From NCBI GenBank assembly GCA_040954595.2, contig CM082585.2:4303358-4367357 (forward strand): 64,000 nt of DNA. The letters are read 5' to 3'. How positions within the stretch are numbered: the stretch's first letter is position 1; each line of letters starts with the position of its first letter. A program made the translations under genes and the position numbers. A model generated the notes under the pieces. The model did no database searches. It was not told where the DNA came from and saw only the letters and a program-made list of their open reading frames with translations. The DNA is from Balanoglossus misakiensis (Eukaryota; Animalia; Hemichordata). This document shows positions 50,907 through 64,000 of the stretch, piece after piece.

Positions 50907-53602
50907 CTAGTTCAACTTTTGACTTTTCTTTGCACAGTCAACCAGCCGTGAAATCAGTCTTCCATAAGCCGTTATATCTTTGCTGTATGCTAACTTTTCG
51001 CCTATCTTCTCGATGATCTTTGATTTGCTGACATCCGACAGGAAAGCTTTTTTGATGGTATCCTATAAGAAAGAAAGAAAAGTATCTAATTTAAGTCACC
51101 TTAAACCACGATCGTGACGTCACACTATTCAATAGACAAGTCATTCACTGAGAGAACCTCCGTCTCACACAAAACCACAGGTTGAAAACCAAGTCCCGGG
51201 TAGTTCTAGAACTACCTCCGGGGGTTCTAGAACTACCACAGGACTCAGTCTTACCTTTCGTAACAAAAATACAGATACACAATGCTTTATTTGCATAATT
51301 ACATTTACTTCTATACCTGTATTCAAAGTACATTTCATTTGAATAGAGTAATTGTTATGTTAATTGAAAGCGAACTGGATATGCGACAGTCTCCGGATCA
51401 TTTCATTCAATGCTTCAAAAATAGACAAAAATCAAATCACCAGAAACAAACTAACGTTGCAATAAATTCACTACAATTTTCTAGAAAATTATACTAAATC
51501 ACATTATCCCCAGATTTGCTTGTATTACTCTAACCCGATGCTTCACTTCGATTTTGCTTCACTACCGACATGTAACAAGGTTGGCTGTTTTAGGCCTACT
51601 GTTTAACAAAACCCGCGTACCTTGCAAAATTCTGCTTACTTTTTGTTGCTGTTCACCAGATGTGGGTTTGTAATGTCGGACGGCTTCACTTCGGTATCAA
51701 ATCTTTTCGCAGATGAGTTACTCACCAATATCGCTACCATACAGACGCGTTGCCGCTGTGGCTCGTAGAGAGTGGTTCGTTCAAAAGCCGGGGAGGCCAA
51801 TACACAGACGGGCAGTAGTACCATGTAGAGCATTGTGACCTGGTTTTTGCTTTACCAACATGTAGCCGCTTGTTTTCGCAGATGATATAGATCGGAACTA
51901 CATGTATCTTCAGATCGATTTCATGGACATTTGAAGGAAAATAAACTAAAAACGTGGCACTTACATGTAGGCCTACTGCATTTGGCCTAGAAAATTTTCG
52001 CGTAAGCTTACCATGTGCACGCAAAACCCCAATAGCTGTAACCCTTCCCATAACACACTACGTAACACACCTGTAAAGTTTAATTTGATGCAAATTGCAG
52101 TTTGAAATTAGCATATCACTCCGACACGTAAGCATGAACATTTGGAGTAACACCTGCCAAGCGTGGGCGATCTTGTAAGGCCCAGCAGGGCGGTCTAGAA
52201 CTACCTGCCCACGACATGATTCATTTATAGGAAGAGGGGTGGCCAACCAAATTTCATAGTCAGCAATGAAGAATTAGCTTCTTTTGATAAAATTTTGATC
52301 CTTATAATTTACTGAATCGTTGTGTAATACGATGTCTTAAATATTCACAAAGCTCCAATGGTGACAATGTCTGTGGGGGATCGTGGTTTAAGTTAGAGAA
52401 CCACCTCCCCCTCCGTGGTTCTTGGTTTCCAATCGCCTCGGGCATGCGGCCCTCGGCGATTCGAAACCAAGAACCACCTCGGGGTCGGTGGTTCTCTATT
52501 ACTTAATAATAAGTCAGCTTTTTAATAAAACTTAGTTTAAGAATATCATCCAGTCAAATTTGCAGACTGAATTTAGCATTAATGTTGATGTCCCCTTTCT
52601 CTCATAAATGTTTAAAGAGTACATGGACTAGTGACCAAATATGCATATGTTTAATTTATGAGCCCGAACAGTCAAGTCCAAATGATACAATCCATGGCTG
52701 GTATGGTGCTTTTAGGAGATATCTTGGGATGTAATAATATGACATCTGTACTCGATCCACAAAATAAAAAAAAACACTGGCAATAGCCCATTAGGCCTAA
52801 GCATTTCAAAATAGGGTAACCCCTATTGAGCATTCAAAATTAGGGTAACCCCTATTCAGCATTTCAAAATTAAGGTAACCCCTATTGAGAATTTCAAAAC
52901 AGGGTTACCCTTATTGCGCATTTCAAAATCAGGGTTACCCCTATTCAGCATTTAAAAATTAGGGTAACCCTTATTGAGTATTTCAAATCAGGGTAACCCC
53001 TATTGAGCATTTCAAAATCAGAGTAACCCCTATTGAGCATTTCAAAACCTAGTAACCCACCAATATATGACCAATACATGACCAGTCCTTCAATATTGCA
53101 TAAGTGATTAATGTTTTTCTTCTCTAAAGATAGGAAAACTGGGATATTCTTGTCACTTACATCGTCGCCATTTATTGTCACCAGAACTATTTCTTCCCGG
53201 ATGTTGTTGTGCAAGGTACCTCTGCTATGGAGGAAGTCCATAGCGGAAGCGACGCCACGGGCAATTACGTAGGCATCTTGAATCCGCAAACCCTTTGGTC
53301 CTTCTCTGATGTGATCGGAAAGAGGTACGTAATTCACTGGTAGCGATGGGAATGTGTTGCTATTTGGCATCTGGTTGTGCAGGAACAAAACTGTAACGAG
53401 AAATAAAACCATGCTATCGAGCGTGGTTGTACATTATTACAACCAAAACGGAGATAGCGAGGGTCCTGGTTTGTACGTTACATATGATCTTAGACATAAT
53501 ACGCACAATTGAGGCCATAAAGGGTATACTGTTAGCTCGTTCAATTCCTAACTAGAATATGATATGAACCGATAAGAAACGGAATAAAAACGGACATAAG
53601 GA

Positions 53603-53674
<72 letters not shown>

Positions 53675-56600
53675 GGCACATAGAGAGGTAGAGAAAATAC
53701 CAGCCAGCCAGAATGGCGGACGGACAGACAGATAGACAGATAGACAACCAGCCAGACAGACAGACATACACCATTCTCTGCCTATGTATACCTGTCGGAT
53801 CGGTTCGCTGTGCCATACTCGTAGTGGTTTCCAAACTCTGACGTGCCGCTGCCTTCTTGTTTGAGTTGATAACCGATATCGTGTACAGGACAGGATTTGC
53901 AGCAGAGTTGACGGGCAAGATGAACACAGCTGTCCACGCATACACAACACCTGGAATTGTGACTGTGTTTGAGAGCGCTAACATGCCCATGACCGTAATT
54001 GGCACCCAGCAACAGAAATCGGTCAACACAATCAACGTCATTCGTTTGGCAATGGATGCTTCCTTCGATTTGCTGCGTGACTGGGCACCGGTTGCCGACC
54101 CAGTACGCTCTATGACGATATACATCACCAAATAACAAAGGAAAATAATAACAAAGGAAATGAAATTCAGGAACAACAGCATAACCGAATATTCCCAGCC
54201 AGGTGTTTGCTCATTTGTTAAATACAACGAAAGGCATACTGGGGACCGACCGTAGTAGCTGTCACCAAAGTACGAGATTCTTAACAGCGGTAGCAAACTA
54301 ACGACCAAACAGACAACCCATGCAAACACCGTCAGCGCAGCTGCATATTTGAATTTGAAGAACATAAACCGCAGCGGAAAGACAATCTTAAGAAACCTCT
54401 CCACTGTTATCAAGGTCAAAACAAAAACGGATCCTTCACTAGAGAGAGTCGCTAGGAAACCGGCGAAATGACACAAACTAGAACTCCGCCATATTTCATC
54501 AAATCTTACATAGACCCCACGATAGTACATGTCCGTCGATGCTATGATAATCAAGTATAGACCCATCAGAAAATCGGAAATGGCCAAATTCCAAATCAAG
54601 AAAGTAGGTATATTGTTGAAGTCTTTCTGTTTCAGTCGCCAAACAATGACAAATGCGTTGCCGAGGAGAGCAAATGTGCCGAGAATCCAGATGAAAACCC
54701 GCAAAACATTGTTAGCCATGAGATCTTCACAAGACGAGAACGCATCCCCGGATGGCGTGCACACTTCAACTTCATGATAAGATCTGACCATACAACAGTA
54801 CATATACGCATCTGTGTATCTGTTGAGATAAGAGAACAAGGAGAACTGATTACAACCAACGAAAGACAACCAAGTTACTGTTCACCATTTGGCGTTAATA
54901 TGCCCCATATCAAGGAATTGTTGGAAAAATAATATATGAAAAACAGCAAGTTTTCATTATTACGAAAAGAGTTCGTTCCCAGTATACTTCAATTCAAAAT
55001 CCATATCTATTTCCGGACAGACAACACTACATAAGACACAAACACAATTTGAAAGTAGATGTAACAAGTTCGAAATAAGCTATTTCCGTCAATTTAATGA
55101 GTGTTGTTTTCTTTAAAAATCCATTGTGGCTAGTGTAGTTACGCAAACACATACAACGTCAGGGAAGTATTCTCTGCTTATTCCCAATTTCATGTAAATG
55201 AGTAACACAAATTGAAATATATCCCTTTGATAAAGATCCATATTAGAAAAAAATAAAGTACTGTCCACTAACACGTGCAATATATCTTACGCACTCATGT
55301 ATTTTGAAAATTGAACCTAAACTTATAATTGTCAATGTATTCAGTTTTATCTTCTTGCATAGAAACTCTTTACAAAATAAAGTGGAGGTAAACTTACATT
55401 TGCTGCAGACTATCCAGTGGAAGGAACAATGCATCACTGTCGACAGCAAAGCTATTACCAGTCAAATCTCTACAATGGAGTAAAACAGAGCACACATGTA
55501 TATTTCATGATTACTCTCTTTCTTTCTTCCTTCCTTTCTTTCTTTCTGGTCACAATAATACGAATCCAATTCAACATAAACAATGTTGAATGGAATCACT
55601 TTTCGATGATGTACTACCGCTACTACACACATACTTACAATTCTCGAAGCTTTCCCAGTCCTTGAAATGCACCGTCAAATATTTTACTGATGCCATTTCC
55701 TGACAGATAACTGCAAGTAAACATTCTTATACTCATTGATTACCAGATCTAGCACCCAAGGGCATATGATGCAGACATCATAACACATGTTTTGGAGAAT
55801 AGTGTGAACTCTGACTTACATGGTGCGTTTGTTTGAATACTGACTGTATGATTTGTAATAATGATCATATCCCATTCCGCGAATATTATACATAAAAAAT
55901 AAACACAACTTACAGTGTTTTAAGCCGCTGTAATCCGAGAAAAGTGTGTCTATAAAGCTGCCTCAGATTATTTCCATTTAGATTCCTGTGGCATAAAATG
56001 ACACATTAGAGGTGTGAAGAAAAATTAATATTATGACAATGAAGCAGGACATATGTTTTTGTAGAAACGAAGACAATTGACTGAAATCATGCTAAATATC
56101 AATCTAACATGAAGATATTTATACCAGTAGTTATACCACTTACAAAACGTGCAGGTTGCTAAGATGACGAAACTTGTTTGTGGGAATTTCAGCTACGGAA
56201 TTGTTGGACAGATCGCTGCGAAAAGTTGAGTGAAACAATGTTATCTGAGCAGCAATGCAAAATTTTGATATTGCTTTTCACCAAGCAAGAAGGGGTATAG
56301 TACATACACGAACATACATACATACATACATACATACATACATACATACATACATACATACATACATACATACATACATACATACATACATACATACATA
56401 CATACATACATACATACATACATACATACATACAGACAGACAGACAGACAGACATACATACATACATACATACATACATACATACATACATACATACATA
56501 CATACATACATACATACATACATACATACATACATACATTCATACATTCATACATACATACATACATACATACATACATACATACAGAAATACAGAAATA

Positions 56601-59600
56601 CAGAAATACAGAAATACAGAAATACAGAAATACAGAAATACATACATACATACATACATACATACATACATACATACATACATACATACATACATACATA
56701 CAGAAATACATACAGAAATACATACAGAAATACATACAGAAATACATACAGAAATACATACATACAGAAATACATACAGAAATACATACAGAAATACATA
56801 CAGAAATACATACATACATACATACATACATACATACATACATACATACATACATACATACATACATACATACATACATACATACATACATACATACATA
56901 CATACAGAAATACATACATACATACATACATACATACATACAGAAATACATACAGAAATACATACAGAAATACATACAGAAATACAGAAATAATACAGAA
57001 ATACAGAATACATACATACAGAACTACAGACATACAGAAATACACATGAACACATTTTTACTTACAATTCGGCCATAAATTGGAAATTACTAAAGTCCAC
57101 AAGTGACAAGTTTAGTTTATTTCCAGTGAAGTTCCTGTAATAAAGAAAATAATACTGTAGAATAATTCCGGTAATATATTCATTTTGACAGTTCAAGGAG
57201 TTTAAGGTTACAGATATTCAAAGAGAGTCTTAATCCTCAGGCTTATCTGAAACCGCTACAGATGTTATTGTTAAATGGTACTTACAATTTTCTCACATCA
57301 ACCAGAGATGGCGGTATCTCTTCTATGAGATTATTTTCACAGAAGACAACATGTCCTTGGCATTTGCAACCGGGCGGGCAGCTGCTGTCTGCAAAGTGAA
57401 AAGGTTAATAAACTATCATGGTGTTTGTTTATGCCCAGTAAAGATTTATTTCTATGGTGTATATTGTAATGATTACACTTACCACAACCCAGTTCGTCGT
57501 CTCCACGCTTACACTGTTTTATTCCATCACATCTCTGTGTCAGTGGTAAGCATTGTCTTGAACCATGGCAGTGGTAGTAGCCAGGGCAAGTGTACGAATC
57601 TGCCAAAATAAATGAGAAAAAGCTGAAATGGTTCTGATGATAAGTAAATATGACAATCCAGGACGACACTATTGTCATTAAAGGGGAACTTGAACGAGCT
57701 TAAAAACTTTGACATTTGACGACAGGATTTGGGATGGTCTGGGTTGGGGAACGTGCACTTAAATTGTGACGATCGCGTACATTATACGTTTTAAACCTGA
57801 ATTGTAATTTCACTAATCGAAGCACCCCACGCCGTGTTCTCGATGTGACAGGTTTTGTTGAGCGTCGTGAAAGCGGTGATACGATGCATTTACAAATATC
57901 AAATGAAGACAATACCACCCGAACTCTCTAAATACAAAATATGGAGAAATCACTTGTTGGACACTACGGGCATCACTTCGTACCTGAAGTGATGGACTCA
58001 CCACAATTATCTTCGTCCTGTCCGTTTGGACAGTCTGGAATTCCATTGCATCGTCGATGAAGCGGTATGCAGTAAGATTCAAGGCATTTGAACATACCAC
58101 CTGGACAGTTGAACTGGTCTGTGAGGAAATTATTAAAAAATAACGAGGGAAACGAATATATTTTGCCGCCAATTGACAGTTATTTGATCACGAAATACCT
58201 AGTTTATATTACATATCATGAAATTCAATCAAGTCCTGTGCAATTTAGTTCTGGTATCTGATATGTATTTCGCATAACTGAATTAAACCACTGCTGACCT
58301 TTAGATAATTCAAATCATCTCATCAGTCCGAATCTTTAATTCTAATGTTAGTATATTGTTATGGTTGTTTTGTTGTTGTTTGTTGTATTAGTCATGTTTT
58401 CAGTGATACGCCATGATAAGATATCATGAGAAACATACCACAAAGCACAAGATGAGAGACATCCCGACATCCGACTTGGAAACCGTATTCATCAAAGTCA
58501 TAAATACACATCAGCGTTCGGTTTATACAGTGGCCATTTTCACATTCAAATTCACCAGCACGACATTCCGGGTACTCTCGAAACGTTACAGCGCCCTCTG
58601 CTGTGCCAACGTCAGCTGTGGGATTACATCCGACTTCATCTTCACGCTCGTTGCCGACACAATCTTTCATGCCATCACAGTGTGCGTTGCTAGGTAAACA
58701 ATCCCCGGAGTAACACTGGAATCCGTTACATACATCTGTTCAAAATTAACCATGGAAATCATTAAGATTTACCACAACATGGTCTCATCGCACTATGTAG
58801 TTCGACAGGGGAATATATGAGACCGTTCTCATAATGGTTTAACGTGTGGAATGTAGCGAATTGATTCACAACAAGTGAAATAAGATTCTTCATTTGCATT
58901 TGCCTTACCACAGTTCATTTCATCAGAGCCATCCATACAATCCGGAAGTAGGTCACATCGCTTGGCTTGGCCGACACACTGTCCGTTATCACACATGAAT
59001 TCGTATAAAGTACAGTTTGGATAAACTAAAATAAATCATAAAAGTGATTTTCATATTTATGAGTTCTGCAGATTAAATTTTCCTTTGGTAATAAAATTAT
59101 ATGAAGAACGTCGTGCAACAAGCTATTAAGGCTGGAAAAACAATGTGAGATAACAGGAATATATTAGACATTACTTTACAATTGGGTTTTCAGAGAGGTG
59201 GCCATCTCTTCAGCTCTATATACAGACATCACATAAATAGGAAATAATTGAAATACCTACTTTGTCTCCACAGCCAAGTTCAACTAAAAATACCATGAAA
59301 TCTAGATTTTATTGATTATCATGTGCATCAAATGTTGCCATTAGCAATGGATAATAAAGCACGTTTATGTTAAACATACCACAATGTTCCTCATCAGTGT
59401 TGTCGCCACAGTGGTCAATGAAGTCACAGTAGAAGGTCATTGAGACGCAGTTTCCGTTGGAACACTCGAATGTGTTGATTGGACATAATCCTCTCATTTC
59501 TTGAATGAAATAAAAACATGACGTTTTAGAAGTAGTTGTTTTTTATTGTTTGTGTCGTCTGCTCACCTTCTGTCAATGTGTTCGAGTTTAAGGCCATATT

Positions 59601-62600
59601 AAGTTACATTTTTGCGGACATTCAACTATCATATTCGTAATTGAAATTGCCACAGTGAAGGGGAAAATGTTATTTTATAGACGTCATCAAATGCAAACGG
59701 CGGCCTAAATTGAGTTAACCAAAGTTAGTGTTAGCAGGAGTATATGTGTAGTTTATGTTAAAAAATTGCTACAGTGTAGCTTGTTGCAAACTTGTGACAC
59801 AATCGCAATTCGCATTGTCACATGAAGTCGTAAATAAATTGTGGATAACTGTTCCTATAGAATGACTTGTTCCATAGACGCCATCAATGTTAAACAACCT
59901 GCAGTAGACTACAATGCAGGCATCCGGAGCATAACTTACCACAGTTGTCTTCATCCGATCCATCAAAACAGTCTGCAGTGCCATCACACACGTACACCTC
60001 ATGGATGCATACACTGTCATTACACCGGAAATTATCGTCGCCACATTCCATTTGCATTCCTGACAATGTATATATGCATATTTTAAATTATTTTATGCAC
60101 TAACATCAACAAAGTGATGTTCTTCAAAGATAACTAACAACTTATGATTTCAAAGTAATGCCTCTTTTTCATCAAAAGTTCATATCTTACCCATTGCATG
60201 GTTTCGGCAAAGGTCATACTGAATCGTAGGATTAGCGCAGTTCTGTAGACTTAGGCTCCAGTCAGACGCTCCCAGGACCAGACATTCGTTAGAATTTGTT
60301 GAATTCGGCCAAGACATATTTCCTTGTCCAATCTGGCAAGAAAACAAACTTCCACATCCCCCGGATCTTTCAACGGCATCAGTGAACTCATGCGTGGCGT
60401 TTCTTTGTAATAAAATATAACCTTCGGTCGAGAAGTCCCATACACGCCTTAGGTAATATATGAGCAGTGTGAGGTCTTTGTACGAGGAATAGCGCGGGAA
60501 TGACTGTATCTCGTTCATCTGACAAAGCTCCCCACTGTTGGCCAGTACAGGTTTGAAACATGTGTCTTCATATCTCCCCCAAGAGAGATCTTCACAACCT
60601 AGATGAAGAAAATGTACGTATACTTAGCTTCTATGCCTGTGGCGTTAAGTAACGTGGCAAAGGGTCGTTATGTTCGATACCATATCAGCTTTACTATATA
60701 GCTGATTGCATTGGTGTATACCTGTGTATATAAACCAATTATGTAGTTTCGCTTAATATGGCGGGACTCCTGAGTACTAAGAAGTACACAGATAGTTAAC
60801 ATATATAGTATATATCTATATTAATTTCATTGTCTCAAATGACACAACCACAAACTCTAATATAGCTAATAGATATGTTTTGCATGGAATATAATAATTG
60901 CTAAATCGTAGAATCATTAGGATTGTTGTACTTACCATATTTGGCCACCCCATTATACTGCTCGTCTACACGATCACCAATGTACAACGCTGGCTGCTTG
61001 CAAATAAACTGTTTGACATAATCCACGGCGCATGGTATATCGTGCCAGTGGTTTGTGTGGTGAACGTTTGACATCATGATAACGGTACAGAGTTCGAATC
61101 TAGCACCGTCGGGCTGGTCGAGTTCATCTTGTGTTGTCCCTCTCGCCCTGCAAATAAAACGTTTCCGAATATCACTTAGGAAGGCACCAGAATGTCACAT
61201 CAGCACACTCATATTTTCTATGCTGAGCACTGCTATATATACAAAATCTTTCGATTTATCATTATAGGAACGCAAAACTATTACATATTCGCGAAGACTG
61301 TTTCTGTATTCCAAATCATGCTCTATTGATAATTAGGATGGAGTTGCCACAGTATCCCCTGAACTTAATGTCTTTCTGACATGTTTTCACAAAAGTGAAC
61401 AACCGACGCTTACAAATAATTGCATCCTCGTGGTATACGTTCTGTGCTATATTTTGTCGTCCTCAACCTAGAGTTCCTCCCCCAAACATAGACATTGATG
61501 TAAGACCTACCAATCTGTATAACCCGTTGGGTTGCCATCAGTCCATCGATGCCTGCCTTCTTCTGTCTCGAGGTGTAAACCTAATTATGCAAATTAGTAA
61601 AATTAAGAAGACATCATTCTAAGAAGGCCACCTGAAATTAAGAAATACAATGCAAATGCCAAACTAGTTAGATCAGAAAAAAAGATTTGTTCACCTATGT
61701 AGGTGGTCGTGTCACCATTCCACCATAGTCTCGCCAATGCATATGTAATGAATTCGGATTCATCTGCATCCAAAATGCTAACAAGATGACCGCCCTCTTC
61801 GGTACACTTTGTTTCAGCCTCATTCCATGCCAATGTAGTCGTCTGTGAGTGGAACTTGTAGCAGTGCCTGCGAAACCCGTCCGAGACTCCTTCTGGACAA
61901 CTGTAGCCTATATAAAATGGTAACATTGTATAAGCAAGGACTTTATAAAACAGTCATATCTACCACATTCACGATCTGTAACATGCACACATTCTACAAA
62001 TATTGACTTGCTCTGAGGGTAACAGCATCGTGTACTTTTGGTTTCCGAGGGACTGTGAGTCACTCCAAAACAGTATGTTTCCAAAGGCCAAAGGCCGAGA
62101 GAAACTACTGTTTTGGAACGACTTACTGACACAGGCCGACAGGACACACGCGTGTGATGTTACATGAATGTGGCAAGGAAATATGTGTACATGTTTTATA
62201 ACACAATTCATCCGAAAATAGCACTTAATCGGGAAATTTCTCCGCAGTTACCAAGTTGGCTGCAGACCAACTCGCCATCGCCATGCATCACATCGATCGT
62301 CATCTTAGTTTTCTTAAGCGTGAGTTCGTATATAGATGGTGCATCTCAACTTGGCCAGGCAACAGTTTTTGGAACTGTCGTCTGTCATGCACTTTAGAGA
62401 ATGAGAGCACAGATTATGGATTAGATGTGCTATAAAACAAGTTATTCCCACCAACAATGTCATTGTCTCCTGCATTGTTAAAATCATATTTACGTCGCCA
62501 AGGTTTGGATTGGTGGGTGGGTTTGTGGGTATATGTCTGTTATGCACCATCAGGGAATCACACTATGTTAAGCACAATTCGTTAAAACCTGTTTAAGCCA

Positions 62601-63597
62601 TAAGCTGTAGGAGTATGCGAGATCATTCTTGGCGAAAATAATTTTCCAATTCAATCAATGTACTCACTCACCCGCATACAGAGTCATATTCAAATGTATA
62701 TTCAATTGGTAAGGCACAGCGACATACTTGGCCAAAAAGCCAGAACCGTCTCCAGATTCCAAACCAGAAAACTCCACATACATGGTAGAGCTGGCTGAGA
62801 TGATGTTGCTAGGTCGTTTGTTTTCACAGAATGTACCGTAAAGAAAGGCTTCCGAGGGAGTTTCAGAGTTGTAAACCTTCAGGTAATTATTAACACAATT
62901 CGGATCGAGATTGTGTCCGACGCTGAAGTGAAGGAACGTCAACTCGATGACGTCACCCTCGGGGACCCGGATACTCCAACTGCACTTGGAATCGGGTGGG
63001 TTAGGATGCGGGTAACTGATCGATTGGAAGTATCCGCAATTCGTATCCAAGTTGAAGTGGTGATCACACGTGGATAATCCCATCCCATGACCTGGACAAT
63101 CTGAAATGAGCAACATTTCACAAAGCAATAGTACAATATCGATTGCATGGACCTCGCCACGCATGTGTTTGAAGAGTTTAAAGTATGAACTGTAGAAGTC
63201 TTACCTGTTGTGTAGTAATGTGCACTAAACCCTCTCCCAATTCTGTCTTCATCAGAAAAGAAAGTTACGGTTAAAATATTCGATGCCGACGATATTAAAG
63301 GAATGTTTGAGCCACAGAATTTTGCTAGTAGTTTGTCTTCATCGGGCATTGTGTCGTTGTACAAGGCAACATAACTTGAACACAGGAGTTGACCATCAGC
63401 TTCCATACCAGGTACATCAAAAGGGTCGAAGGCCAGATGAATAAAGGATCCTTTTGGCGCTATTATTGTCCACTTGCAAAAGCTGTTCGGGTAATATTTG
63501 GTGGCGCCTGTTGCAAAATTTGTTGTGTAAAAGGTTCCTTCCGATTCGCTGAATATGGCTTTTGTTCCACAACCCGAACATTCTTCTGAAGAACAAA
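50907..63597 (-). CDS. GRL101: Second GRL101-like receptor paralog (5' part beyond the window): CUB x2, CTL x2, LDLa x7, LRR, 7TM, kinase-like tail
   Basis: The symbol is a family-level call only. Exons on -: 63597-63205, 63100-62672, 61907-61695, 61580-61511, 61147-60936, 60598-60191, 60059-59940, 59499-59380, 59025-58909, 58735-58439, 58118-58002, 57599-57483, 57388-57286, 57134-57066, 56215-56144, 55985-55914, 55710-55639, 55469-55398, 54819-53792, 53390-53161, 51062-50907 (TAG). Sizes equal the + copy or differ by multiples of 3. No stop noticed. Confidence 0.88.
51099..52509. mobile_element. 1.4-kb non-coding insertion with a split inverted repeat and about 105-nt terminal hairpin
   Basis: Absent from the paralogous last introns. 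Flanked by direct repeat TAAGTCA (51092-51098, 52510-52516). 14-bp inverted repeat 51100-51113 vs 52379-52392. Hairpin 52394-52498. Confidence 0.8.
52801..53062. repeat. Minisatellite, about 9 units of 29-30 bp (GCATTTCAAAATTAGGGTAACCCCTATTGA)
   Basis: Head-to-tail units with no spacers, each containing a GGGT(A/T)ACCC palindrome. Confidence 0.92.
53601..53674. repeat. (GAAA)n microsatellite
   Basis: Read directly. Confidence 0.97.
56300..57045. repeat. Expanded compound microsatellite (CATA)n with CAGA, CAGAAATA and CATACAGAAATA sub-arrays
   Basis: Read directly. Same intron position as the 32671-32781 tract in the paralog. Confidence 0.97.
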
Positions 63598-64000
63598 CTG
63601 AAAATTTCGATAATATTTCACATGGGCAAATATTACATCTTCAATTAGTTACGTCTTCCATGGTTTCGTTTTGGAGTATAAATTATACTTCCTTATTTAT
63701 ACCTGGATTTAAATTAAACACCCGCTATTCGACTGTATATGTTTGTTATTGTTGTTGTTGTTGTTCTTGTTGTTGTTCTTGTTGTTGCTGCTGCCAGAAC
63801 ATATTTTCTGACACAGTTTCTTTCCTATGCATTCTGCATTTATTGTTATCTTTAAACGAACAAAAGTGTTTACTACCTTTTGCAAACACATCACCATTTT
63901 AAAATCAAAGCCGGAGGGCAAATATAAATCTATATATATTCTATTTTAAGAAAACACCGTATTTTGTCCAGACGAGCTTGAGCACAGTATATAGCTTTAC

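Noticed and set aside
52801-53062. 29-30 bp palindromic repeats resembling a CRISPR array
   Set aside because: No unique spacers, no cas genes, and a eukaryotic intron context. It is a minisatellite.
56189-57055. Several long ORFs (up to 264 aa, MYVC/YIHT repeats)
   Set aside because: They are translations of the (CATA)n microsatellite inside an intron.

Overview
AT-rich, intron-rich animal genomic DNA. The repeat and domain content suggests a marine invertebrate, possibly a hemichordate or echinoderm (inference only). I built spliced gene models by hand from GT-AG junctions and reading-frame phase. The window is a rearranged cluster of GRL101-type (LDLa-LRR-7TM, LGR type C2) receptor genes. 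One full-length copy lies on + (13580-36625; 41 exons, about 2448 codons, one in-frame TAA). A second copy lies on - (enters from beyond 64000, ends at 50907). There is also an orphan 3' fragment (8061-9933, +) and an orphan 5' fragment (42441 to about 39255, -). The receptor has an unusually large EGF/LDLa/F-lectin/C-lectin/CUB ectodomain and a cytoplasmic tail resembling a degenerate protein-kinase C-lobe, with the tail frame intact in three copies. Upstream is a 13-exon gene for a predicted secreted C-lectin x2 + polycystin-1-like GAIN/GPS protein that stops 18 residues after its HL|T cleavage motif. The window also holds two intron insertions ending in long hairpins, several MITEs, a Tc1-like transposase remnant with 42-residue D-E spacing, and micro/minisatellites. 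No rRNA, tRNA or CRISPR was seen.
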